From: an uncultured Bacteroidota bacterium
GTDB taxonomy: Bacteria; Bacteroidota; Bacteroidia; Bacteroidales; GCA-2748055
Length of the DNA: 64,000 bases
Direction: 5' to 3'
NCBI GenBank assembly: GCA_963783435.1
Contig: CAWANQ010000004.1
Location: forward strand, 148,560 to 212,559
The position numbers and the translations under genes were made by a program. Position 1 is the stretch's first letter; the number at the start of each line of letters is the position of its first letter. This document shows positions 56,809 to 64,000 of the stretch, piece after piece. Under the pieces are notes generated by a model. It was not told where the DNA came from. It worked only from the letters and a program-made list of their open reading frames with translations, and did no database searches.

Positions 56809-59800
56809 TTAAAACCGATAACCCGCTCCCAATTGAAATCTGCTGCCGTAATATTGACTGCTTACCGGCAACCGCACATCTCCATAATAAATTTTATAGT
56901 CTTCGTCAATATGATTGGTCAGGTTGGTCGCATTAAAATATATGTACAGACCTTTGTAAACCCGCATTTTCAAACTAATATCCAGCAACTGGAATTTGTC
57001 CGCATAATTATCTGCAAAAGAGTATTTAGCATCCAGTCCGCTGAGTGTTTTTCCTTGAAAACGGTAAGACACCCTGGCACTAAATCCTTTGTAATCCCAT
57101 CCCAGTATAACATTCGTAATAAAGCTGGGCTGAGATACCATCTTCCCTTCCCTGGTATTGTACTGATACCCGATGATATCTTTTGGCAGGAAACCAGAAC
57201 TGTCAACGCCTACCACTACATTTTCAAAATATGGGTACTTCGTTCTGGAATTAATAAATGTTAGATTCACATCTAATACAAACCCCCTTAGCCATTCATT
57301 ACCCAGACTCCAAAGATTCCTTTGATAGGACAACTCCACTCCATAGTATTCTGCTTTTTCAGGATTGTTAATGGGTATTCCTGTACTGCTCGAGTTCGTC
57401 AAATCATCTACAGGGTAGAAATCAGTTCCTGGCAGTGATCCTACAAATCCATCCGGGGCCTCCACAATTCTATCGTTTCGAAGCGGAAAATAGTTGGGAA
57501 GATGAGATATAAAATGATCTATTTGCTTATAAAAAGGATTGACAGTCAAAAGTCCAAATTTACTGTTGTACACCTCTAAAGAGATGTCATAATTCCAGGC
57601 AGTGGATGGTTCCAGAAAAGGATTGGCTGATGTAAATACGGTTTTAGCCTGATCCGAATCGATAATGGTTTTAGGAGATAACTGGAGAAAGCCCGGGCGG
57701 GAAACACTCTTGTAAACAGCTCCCCTCAAAGCGACAGATTCACCAAATTGATATTTTGCGTTTACAGATGGGAAAAATAAAAGATTATCACGTTCTACCG
57801 ATACCGAATCAGGAACCCCGGAAAGTCCATTTGCGTTCACACTATTCGTTACTATGGCAAAGGCATCATATTGGGTATTGACTTTTTCCATGCGTATTCC
57901 AGGCACCAACAGCAGCTTCCCAATATTTAATTCAGCCATGATATAGGCTGCTATTTGTTCTTCCCTATTGTTATAGTCGTTCGTATAACTTTCGAAGCCC
58001 CTGGCATTATATAAAAGAGGGTAACTGGCATAGAGCTGGGATTGCATATCTTTCATCAAACCTATATCCGGCGACCAATTCAGGGCATATTTCCCATCGA
58101 GAAATTCCCCCGGATCATAATCCGGATCAACAAAGTTTGTTGCAGTTATCCCGGTTTGATCCCCGTCAGGCCAATCTACCCAGGGGAATAGAGATAGATA
58201 TGTGGATTTTGCTCCCTGTCCCTTGCCAGCACGGTAATCCACATAAATAGCATCTGAATTGCTAACTCTTTCCAATAAATGGTATTTCCCTCCCACTGAT
58301 AAAACGCCATCTGTTCTTAGTTTTACAAGATTAAAGGGAATGCGCCATTCTAAATCCAGATCATAGTTCTTATCTGTCAATTCTGAATTGTTGAGATCAT
58401 CTGTTTGAAGTTTGTTAGCAGGAATGCTGGTTTCTCCATAGAGGTCCAGCACCTCTTCCGGCTCCCTGAATATTAACCAGTCCTGATCTATATCCTCCCC
58501 TGTTGTACTGACTTCTCTGAAAGGAAAAAGATGAGTAATGCCATCCGTGTTGACATGGGTATAAGACAGACTCAAGTTCAGTTCCGTACCTAGAAATCGC
58601 AATTTGTTCTCTAATAAATGGGTGGAATTTATGCGCTCATTTTCCCCGGATGAAGCATTCAGTCTGAATGGATATGTTGGATCTGAAAAGTTATGGTTCT
58701 CCTGTCTGTTAATAACATCATCTGTACTTCTATTGATAAGATTCAGGAAAGCCACATCATAAAAATCACTCTTAAAATCCAGCACCATGCTTACACCAAT
58801 ACGCTCACGGTTGGTGTTTACCAGGGATAAGCTTGCGCTTTGTGTCCTTGATATAAAAGATTCTTCACCTGTTAAATTGCCTGTGGAATCCAGCTCCTGC
58901 TGTATAATGGGACCTGAATACCCGGCTCCGAAACGTTGGGAAGAAAGCTGTTTCCTCTCATAAGTTGCCTGGGCTTTAATCCCGAATCTGTTCTGAAGAA
59001 AACGCGTACTCCCTCCAAGTGATGTCTTGGAATCGCCAATATTTGAGAACAAATTGCTATATCCGACTTCTGTCATAGCGTTTAAACCAGGTTTATTGTT
59101 CGCTGTTGCCAACCTCAGGTCAACCGTTCCTCCAATAGCACCTGCATCCATATCCGCGCGCAGTGTTTTAGAAACCTCTACACCAGATAGCATCTCACTT
59201 TGTATCATGCTCAAGTCGGCACTTCTATCTCCAGCATTTGTGGAGGCCATTTTTACTCCCGCAATGGTTACATTATTCTGAGCAGACGACACCCCCCTGA
59301 TTACGATCTTATTTGCTTCACCAGAAGATCTTTGCAGAGAAATACCCGGGAGTCTACCGATTGCCTCTGCAGCGTTTGCATCTGGTAATTCCTCCATTTT
59401 TTCTGCAGATACCACATTGACAATTTTATTGGAGGCCACCTGTTCCCTGATCGCCGAATTCTGCCCCAAAACCTGTACAGTTACAGTAACCTCCTCAAGT
59501 ACTTCGCCAACAATCAGTTCAAAGTTCAGAGTTACCGTTTGATTGCTATTGACCACAACCTGCTTCTCCAGGGAGTTATACCCGATAAAGGAGGCAACCA
59601 GGGTATATGTTCCAGGTCTCACGCTGATCTCATACTTCCCTTCCAGATCGGTGGAGGTCCCAATGGTGGTGCCCGGAATAGAGACATTGGCAAACTGCAG
59701 GGGCAGTTTCGTTGAAGCATCCGATACCTTGCCGATAATTGCTCCATTTGACTGGGCCCATCCGGTGGCGGCAAAGTACAAAACGAATATGGCCATCACA

Positions 59801-59880
59801 GCCAGTGATTTTAATACTTCTGCTCCTTTTGTCCGGGACTTTTCTTTAAGCTGATAGTCCTTTTTCGTGAATCCAGTCAT
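56809..59880 (-). CDS. TonB-dependent outer-membrane receptor with a carboxypeptidase-regulatory-like N-terminal domain; no adjacent SusD-like gene
   Basis: 1023 aa with a signal peptide. N-terminal IIGKVSDASTKLPLQFANVSIPGT..GKYEISVRPGTYTLVASFIGY. Plug region (IGRLPGISLQRSSGE..IVIRG). Long beta-barrel ending ..QLGAGYRF. Confidence 0.9.
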   Translation of the reverse strand: MTGFTKKDYQLKEKSRTKGAEVLKSLAVMAIFVLYFAATGWAQSNGAIIGKVSDASTKLPLQFANVSIPGTTIGTSTDLEGKYEISVRPGTYTLVASFIGYNSLEKQVVVNSNQTVTLNFELIVGEVLEEVTVTVQVLGQNSAIREQVASNKIVNVVSAEKMEELPDANAAEAIGRLPGISLQRSSGEANKIVIRGVSSAQNNVTIAGVKMASTNAGDRSADLSMIQSEMLSGVEVSKTLRADMDAGAIGGTVDLRLATANNKPGLNAMTEVGYSNLFSNIGDSKTSLGGSTRFLQNRFGIKAQATYERKQLSSQRFGAGYSGPIIQQELDSTGNLTGEESFISRTQSASLSLVNTNRERIGVSMVLDFKSDFYDVAFLNLINRSTDDVINRQENHNFSDPTYPFRLNASSGENERINSTHLLENKLRFLGTELNLSLSYTHVNTDGITHLFPFREVSTTGEDIDQDWLIFREPEEVLDLYGETSIPANKLQTDDLNNSELTDKNYDLDLEWRIPFNLVKLRTDGVLSVGGKYHLLERVSNSDAIYVDYRAGKGQGAKSTYLSLFPWVDWPDGDQTGITATNFVDPDYDPGEFLDGKYALNWSPDIGLMKDMQSQLYASYPLLYNARGFESYTNDYNNREEQIAAYIMAELNIGKLLLVPGIRMEKVNTQYDAFAIVTNSVNANGLSGVPDSVSVERDNLLFFPSVNAKYQFGESVALRGAVYKSVSRPGFLQLSPKTIIDSDQAKTVFTSANPFLEPSTAWNYDISLEVYNSKFGLLTVNPFYKQIDHFISHLPNYFPLRNDRIVEAPDGFVGSLPGTDFYPVDDLTNSSSTGIPINNPEKAEYYGVELSYQRNLWSLGNEWLRGFVLDVNLTFINSRTKYPYFENVVVGVDSSGFLPKDIIGYQYNTREGKMVSQPSFITNVILGWDYKGFSARVSYRFQGKTLSGLDAKYSFADNYADKFQLLDISLKMRVYKGLYIYFNATNLTNHIDEDYKIYYGDVRLPVSSQYYGSRFQLGAGYRF

Positions 59881-59885
59881 TATTA

Positions 59886-59901
59886 GCTAAATGGTTTTAG
59901 C
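59886..59901. promoter_or_regulatory. Candidate LacI-family operator O1 (GCTAAA-TGGT-TTTAGC)
   Basis: A 16-bp palindrome with perfect 6-bp arms, 6 nt upstream of the TBDR start codon. Confidence 0.5.
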
Positions 59902-59961
59902 AATATTGGCAAATAAAAATTCCTTAGTGGATCAACTTTTTCATTTTTCTTTGACACAAGC

Positions 59962-59977
59962 GCTAAATTGTTTTAGC
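59962..59977. promoter_or_regulatory. Candidate LacI-family operator O2 (GCTAAA-TTGT-TTTAGC)
   Basis: Same palindrome as O1, 76 bp away, between the LacI stop and the TBDR start. Confidence 0.5.
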
Positions 59978-59997
59978 AAATTAATGACAAAAAAAAA

Positions 59998-61014
59998 TTA
60001 AACGCAAGAATTTCTTGAAATATAATCAACTTTTAATTGGATTCTTTCTGGTTCGCGGTCTGGTTTGTCATCCTTTATCATTGAAAATAGTATTCTAATG
60101 GCCTCTTTGCTCATTTTTTCGAGCGGCTGTTTTATGGCAGAAATTGTTGTGGAGGATATCCGGTAAGCATCTGTATCGTCAAAACTGATAACAGCCAGGT
60201 CTTCAGGAATAGAGAGTCCAAGCTCCCTGATACATTCAATACCGGTGATCCCCAATTTATTCGTCGTAAAAAGAATTGCATCTGCTTTTTGTTCCACGAT
60301 TCCCTTAATGGCCCTCATGATGGGACTTTTTTCGTGACTGAATTTCAAATTTTTAATGATGGACGGATCGGGAATAATTCCATGCTGTACCAGGGCATCG
60401 GCATATCCTTCTGCTCTTTGTTGCATAGATACCAATTGTCTGTTTGTATTGAGAAGTGCAATCCGTTTTCTGTTGTAATTAATGAGTCTAACGGTTGCAT
60501 CATAAGCGGCGGTGTGATTATTGATATTTACCGAGGAAGCCTTGACCTCTGGAAAAAGCCTGTCAAGAATCACATACGGTATTCCATCTCTTATTAAACC
60601 CGAAAGCAGTTTTTCACTTCCAATCGGCGGGGTGATAATCAATCCTTCCACATGCCTCTCTTTTAGTATATTCAGCTGGACAGTAAATTTTGTTTTATTC
60701 TCATCCGAACTGCTGAATACTACCATGTAATCGTGCTTAAAAGCCTCTATCTCAATAAACCTGGCAAGGCTGGCAAAGAAGGGATTGGAAATATCGGCAA
60801 GAATTACACCGATGGTTCTGGACTTACCGGTCCTCAGGCTCTTTGCAAGATAATTGGGCCGGTAATTCATGCTTTCTGCCATCTCAAGTACCTTTGCCGT
60901 CATCTCCTTACTGATCCGCATCTCCTTGCTTTTTCCATTGAGCACGAAAGAAACCAGTGTAACGGACACACCAAGTTTATTGGCGATATCGGTAATTGTT
61001 TTTCGTCTGGACAT
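59998..61014 (-). CDS. LacI-family transcriptional regulator
   Basis: 338 aa. N-terminal HTH TITDIANKLGVSVTLVSFVLNGK followed by a periplasmic-binding-protein-like sugar-binding core. Confidence 0.9.
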   Translation of the reverse strand: MSRRKTITDIANKLGVSVTLVSFVLNGKSKEMRISKEMTAKVLEMAESMNYRPNYLAKSLRTGKSRTIGVILADISNPFFASLARFIEIEAFKHDYMVVFSSSDENKTKFTVQLNILKERHVEGLIITPPIGSEKLLSGLIRDGIPYVILDRLFPEVKASSVNINNHTAAYDATVRLINYNRKRIALLNTNRQLVSMQQRAEGYADALVQHGIIPDPSIIKNLKFSHEKSPIMRAIKGIVEQKADAILFTTNKLGITGIECIRELGLSIPEDLAVISFDDTDAYRISSTTISAIKQPLEKMSKEAIRILFSMIKDDKPDREPERIQLKVDYISRNSCV

Positions 61015-61077
61015 CAGATACTTCGAATTAAGCCGGAAACGTTCCAGCCAAACAAATATATTCGATTAATTTGATTA

Positions 61078-61093
61078 GCAAAAACGTTTTAGT
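61078..61093. promoter_or_regulatory. Candidate LacI-family operator O3 (GCAAAA-ACGT-TTTAGT), upstream of the LacI gene
   Basis: One mismatch per arm relative to O1/O2. The central AAAACGTTTT is a perfect palindrome. It lies 64 nt upstream of the LacI start. Confidence 0.4.
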
Positions 61094-61510
61094 TATTAAT
61101 ATTATTTGTTGATGATGAACCGACAGTGTTGGAGCAGGAAGTGTTTTCCTTCAGGTATCTTGTACGTGTGCTTGTTAACAAATATAGGCTGGTGGTTCTT
61201 TCCACAGATATACAGACCGGTATAATAATCATCACTGAGCGTCTTTTTATCAAGGTCGATTTCAAATGATTTTAAGAAAGAATTTCAATCTACTCGTTTC
61301 AACGACTTCGCCAAATAGACCCTGATACAGGTATTAACATCGACCACAAGCTTCTAAATAACAATCTTAGTAAGATATTTCAATAATGAATTTTAGCCTA
61401 AAAAGTAAGAACCACTTACGAGTATTATAGGTACTGAGTAGGGCTTTACTTTTTGCTTGCTCGGGTACTATGCATGCAAAATGTAAAGCTGGGGTGGAAA
61501 AAAAGCGGTG

Positions 61511-61750
61511 GCGAAGAAATCAAGAAATTTACGGAGTGCTTTGAGGTGCCTGGATAAGCCCGGAATACTCTTGTTGTTCTATTTTTTGAAAGGGATCTTT
61601 CCCGGGATCCAAACCATTTTCCAGGAAGATACGGCCGAAATAGGCATCAGTCTGATCTTCAAAGAGAAGCGCCCGGAATTAGAGCGAGTTCCCTGGAAGT
61701 TGAAGCCTTTCTGCGCCCTGCGGTGCAGGACGTGCGGGGCGGCAGCCCCC
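61511..61750 (+). repeat. GC-rich structured repeat, copy B (3'-truncated within the terminal hairpin; lacks the 65-nt insert)
   Basis: Reverse-complement match to 32760..33029 (GAAATCAAGAAATTTACGGAGTGC.., GGGATCCAAACC, CTTCAAAGAGAAGCGCCCGGAATTAGAGCGAGTTCCCTGGAAGTTGAAGCC). It stops after the left arm GCGGGGCGGCAGCCCCC. Confidence 0.8.
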
Positions 61751-61904
61751 AGGACCACCTGACGATGGAGCAAACTACCGGGGAAATGAAATTAAAAGGC
61801 TTGCGGCCATATGCACCAAGGCCGGACCAATCCACAGAAATTGACAGTATTAACAGAATTGGGCAGAAACAGCAAAAAATCAGCCTGGGCACCCATTTTC
61901 TTTC

Positions 61905-62211
61905 TCGAAGTAGGTTCGAACTTCGTTCAGAAGTTCCCGACAATGAAACCAAAGCCCGGCAAAATTGCCAGGCTTGATTTTCAGTGTCGGGGTAGAGATT
62001 ATTCGCTCACAAAGTTCGCTCATGATCATTTGGGGGGTGTCCTAAAAGAGAAACAGACCATAGCACTACGTGCTGTTTTTCCGTTTCTTGCCCCTTACAG
62101 ATGCAAGCATCTGACGGGCCATGAAACGAAAAAACCACCAATCGCTTTCGCGTTTGGTGGTCTGTTTCTCTTTTGTCGGGGACTACTAGACGAAGTTCGA
62201 ACTCACTTCGA
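61905..62211. repeat. 307-bp MITE-like element / structured-RNA candidate with 39-bp imperfect terminal inverted repeats
   Basis: TIR-L 61905..61943 (TCGAAGTAGGTTCGAACTTCGTTCAGAAGTTCCCGACAA) versus the reverse complement of TIR-R 62173..62211 (TCGAAGTGAGTTCGAACTTCGTCTAGTAGTCCCCGACAA): 33/39 identical. The interior holds a 17-bp long-range stem (62044..62060 with 62158..62174) and at least 4 hairpins. No credible ORF. Confidence 0.65.
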
Positions 62212-62239
62212 AGGAGGAATTGGGTACCCATTCTAATTT

Positions 62240-62375
62240 GGAGTTGGTTTTGGCCGGATATTCAAAGAGAATCGCCCGATTCGGTCGCGATCCTCTTGAA
62301 GTTGAAGCTTTTTTGCGCCCTGCTCCGCAGGGCGGGCGGGGCGGCAGGTGTTCGGGGGGGGGCTGCCGCCCCGCC
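62240..62375 (+). repeat. GC-rich structured repeat, copy C (5'-truncated, intact terminal hairpin)
   Basis: TTCAAAGAGAATCGCCCG..CTTGAAGTTGAAGC..GCGCCCTGC..GCAGGGCG, then the hairpin GGCGGGGCGGCAG-N15-CTGCCGCCCCGCC (62335..62375), followed by TCTAATGCTTTATTT. It is the reverse complement of the copy A end. Confidence 0.8.
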
Positions 62376-62530
62376 TCTAATGCTTTATTTACTCCTGATA
62401 TTCGATGCAGAACGCACACCGTGATCTACTTGCCGGTTGTTCTTTACCCCGCTCCGCAGGCATTTACCGCCTTTGGCAGATTAATAGGACCTCTTTTTGA
62501 TGGGTCTTCCAAAGCTTAAATATCTTTTGC

Positions 62531-63994
62531 TCATTTGTCGTCGCCTTTCATCTTCTTTTCAATATCCTTCAGAAAAGGAAAGGAGAAGCTGAAGATGAAG
62601 CGCCAGCGGCTCCACCTTATCTCTGTGTCATCATCAGAGTCAAAAATTCCTTCATCGTCTTCTCCCTCATCGGGAAAATCAATGGGCCGCGGAATTAATT
62701 CACGGGCCCAGGCATGGGTGGCACCCAGTGTAATATCAGCTCTGTTCATTTTCAGGATAACGCCCATACCGACATGATTGAAATCCGCCCTGAAATTGGA
62801 ATTTGCTGCTTCCTCATCTAAATCGGTATACCTTGAAACATCAGAAGGTACATAAGATCTGTCCATGGCATAACTAAGATAGGATGACCACATCTTGCCT
62901 GTAATAATCTCGATTCCCGCCCCATAATTGAATACTGGTTCATGCTGATCATATAGCGCAAAACTGATTTCCTCACCTGTACTTTGGCCAATAAAAGAAG
63001 TGGGCTGCATTAAAGTGTATTTCGGAATCTTGTTGTACCATTCTCCACTCAGGTGGAGCAGGTGTTTATTGAATAGCTTGAAGCTCATCCCTCCCCCGAT
63101 GGCAAATGGGGATTTGCTCCTGGCCGCAAGCTCGCTCTGAATGCTCGACTTAAAATACGGGATCCTCACGGTATCAGGCAGTCCGGAAAGAAAATCCTCG
63201 TAAACAAAATCGCCGGAACCTGCCAGGTGTATCTTGGGTGTGGTAAGCGTGAGGCCCAGGTCCATCCATGGAAGGCTTCAGGTCATTCCAAATTTCCATA
63301 GCAATCCGTGATCATTAAAACTGATCGTACGGGTCCCGACCATCTGTACCACTTCGCTCTTATTATCATACAACAGCTGCAGCATCATTTCAATATTGCG
63401 TTTGGAACTTGATGCTACATAAGCTGTGGTAATCCCAATGCTAAGGTTTTCCTTCAGCGGATAAGACCAGGTAAGGCTTGTCCATTCATCTTTGTAACGG
63501 CTTGCAAGATTGAGGCGCCCGGTAAAGACATCCTCACCTGAAATTTCTTGGAAATGATCACCCTCTTTCTCGGCGCGTGTCGAAAAATCATAATCCATGT
63601 TCTGCCGGGTGAGCAGCGCATATGCAAAATGATGCCTGGGCATAAATCCTATCTTGAATGTCCCCGCCACCAGTCCGGGCACTTCCCCGAATTTTCTTTT
63701 CTGAAGGTCGTTTTCCTCGTCCAGGGCATTCAGGAAGGTTAACCTCTCTAGCTGGTAAAGCTTGGCGCTCAGCATGAAGGCAGGATTCTCAATCTGGGCA
63801 AGGCACCCTGGATTGTATAAGACCGCTCCCAGGTCTTCCACCCCTCCGATCACCGAGCCGCTCATCAGAATGGATCGGGTTCCCTATTGTTCGGTCCAGT
63901 AGTGTCCGTCCTGAGTAAATGCCTCCTGTTTTGTAGTCAAGCAAAATATCAGTTTGGTACCATTCAGATAAAATATCCATCTGCGTTTTTTCAT
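62531..63994 (-). pseudogene. Outer-membrane beta-barrel (FadL/porin-like) gene interrupted by two in-frame stop codons
   Basis: The ATG at 63994 (MKKRRWIFYL..), ORF 63278..63865 and ORF 62531..63265 are all in one frame. They are separated by TAG at 63884..63886 and TGA at 63278..63280. The sequence reads through sensibly (..HYWTEQ*GTRSILMSGSVIGGVEDLGAVLYNPG..; ..LLWKFGMT*SLPWMDLGLTLTT..). There is an alternating beta-strand pattern and an aromatic-rich end RWRFIFSFSF. Confidence 0.75.
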
Positions 63995-64000
63995 GACTTA

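Noticed and set aside
33131-61014. Looked for transposase, integrase, recombinase or tRNA attachment sites that would make the repeat-flanked 28-kb block a classical mobile island.
   Set aside because: No such ORF or tRNA appears in the track or the sequence. The inverted repeats are reported as an observation only, not as a composite transposon.
61095-61270. Minus-strand reading frame ..FEIDLDKKTLSDDYYTGLYICGKNHQPIFVNKHTYKIPEGKHFLLQHCRFIINK* considered as a small gene.
   Set aside because: It has no start codon (an in-frame TGA lies ~58 codons upstream of the stop) and no recognisable family. It is most likely the 3' remnant of a lost gene, and is mentioned only as part of the decay pattern.
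61905-61943. tRNA-like T-arm signature (GGTTCGAA within a CGAAGT/ACTTCG stem), also at 62191..62211.
   Set aside because: No acceptor, D or anticodon arms can be drawn around either copy. The two copies are inverted repeats of each other, so they are better explained as element termini.
61508-62519. A cluster of 64-141-aa ORFs on both strands in the 61.5-62.5 kb region; also 32655..33151.
   Set aside because: They are translations of the GC-rich repeat copies and the MITE-like element; the same peptides (for example WIPGKIPFKK) reappear at 32.9 kb on the other strand. They overlap each other on both strands and are Arg/Gly/Pro-rich, as expected from GC-rich non-coding DNA.
63278-63886. Stop-codon reassignment or selenocysteine/pyrrolysine recoding as the explanation for the in-frame TGA and TAG.
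   Set aside because: TAG terminates many well-supported genes here (for example GH3 at 16688, the ROK regulator at 29501, the 1006-aa gene at 13375). TGA terminates others (46916, 62531). I saw no SECIS-like hairpin immediately downstream. Nonsense mutation is the simpler reading.

Overview
This 64-kb window looks like part of a Bacteroidota chromosome. Evidence: three proteins end in T9SS C-terminal sorting domains, there is a TonB-dependent receptor, and many signal peptides are lipoprotein-type. Nearly all of it is devoted to degrading a sulfated, fucose-containing, probably acetylated polysaccharide (fucoidan-like). I can support 10 Cys-type S1 sulfatases (one frameshifted), two GH29 alpha-L-fucosidases, GH31, GH3 and GH2 enzymes, and a SASA-type acetylesterase. 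There are also beta-helix proteins, an SDR, ROK and LacI regulators, and an MFS / ROK-kinase / SIS cytoplasmic module. I saw no rRNA, tRNA, CRISPR array, transposase or integrase. Most interesting observations: (1) An unrecognised ~450-aa domain recurs 4 times, fused or adjacent to LamG in two cases; it is a candidate new carbohydrate-active family. (2) A 21-bp-phased CGGAAG direct-repeat operator lies upstream of four operons. (3) A LacI-controlled TonB receptor has no SusD partner and is followed by a T9SS beta-helix protein containing a 1455-bp in-frame tandem duplication with mosaic divergence. (4) Two tandem paralogs of a 1006-aa hydrolase-like gene are present; one is pseudogenised, and a GH3 gene sits between them flanked by a perfect 79-bp direct repeat. 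(5) A GC-rich, hairpin-terminated ~320-bp repeat family occurs in inverted copies on both sides of the 28-kb all-minus-strand sulfatase/transport block, next to a 307-bp MITE-like, highly structured element. (6) At least six genes are disrupted, by frameshifts or by in-frame stops. All functional calls rest on motif recognition by eye; no searches or computations were run, and ORF starts are approximate.
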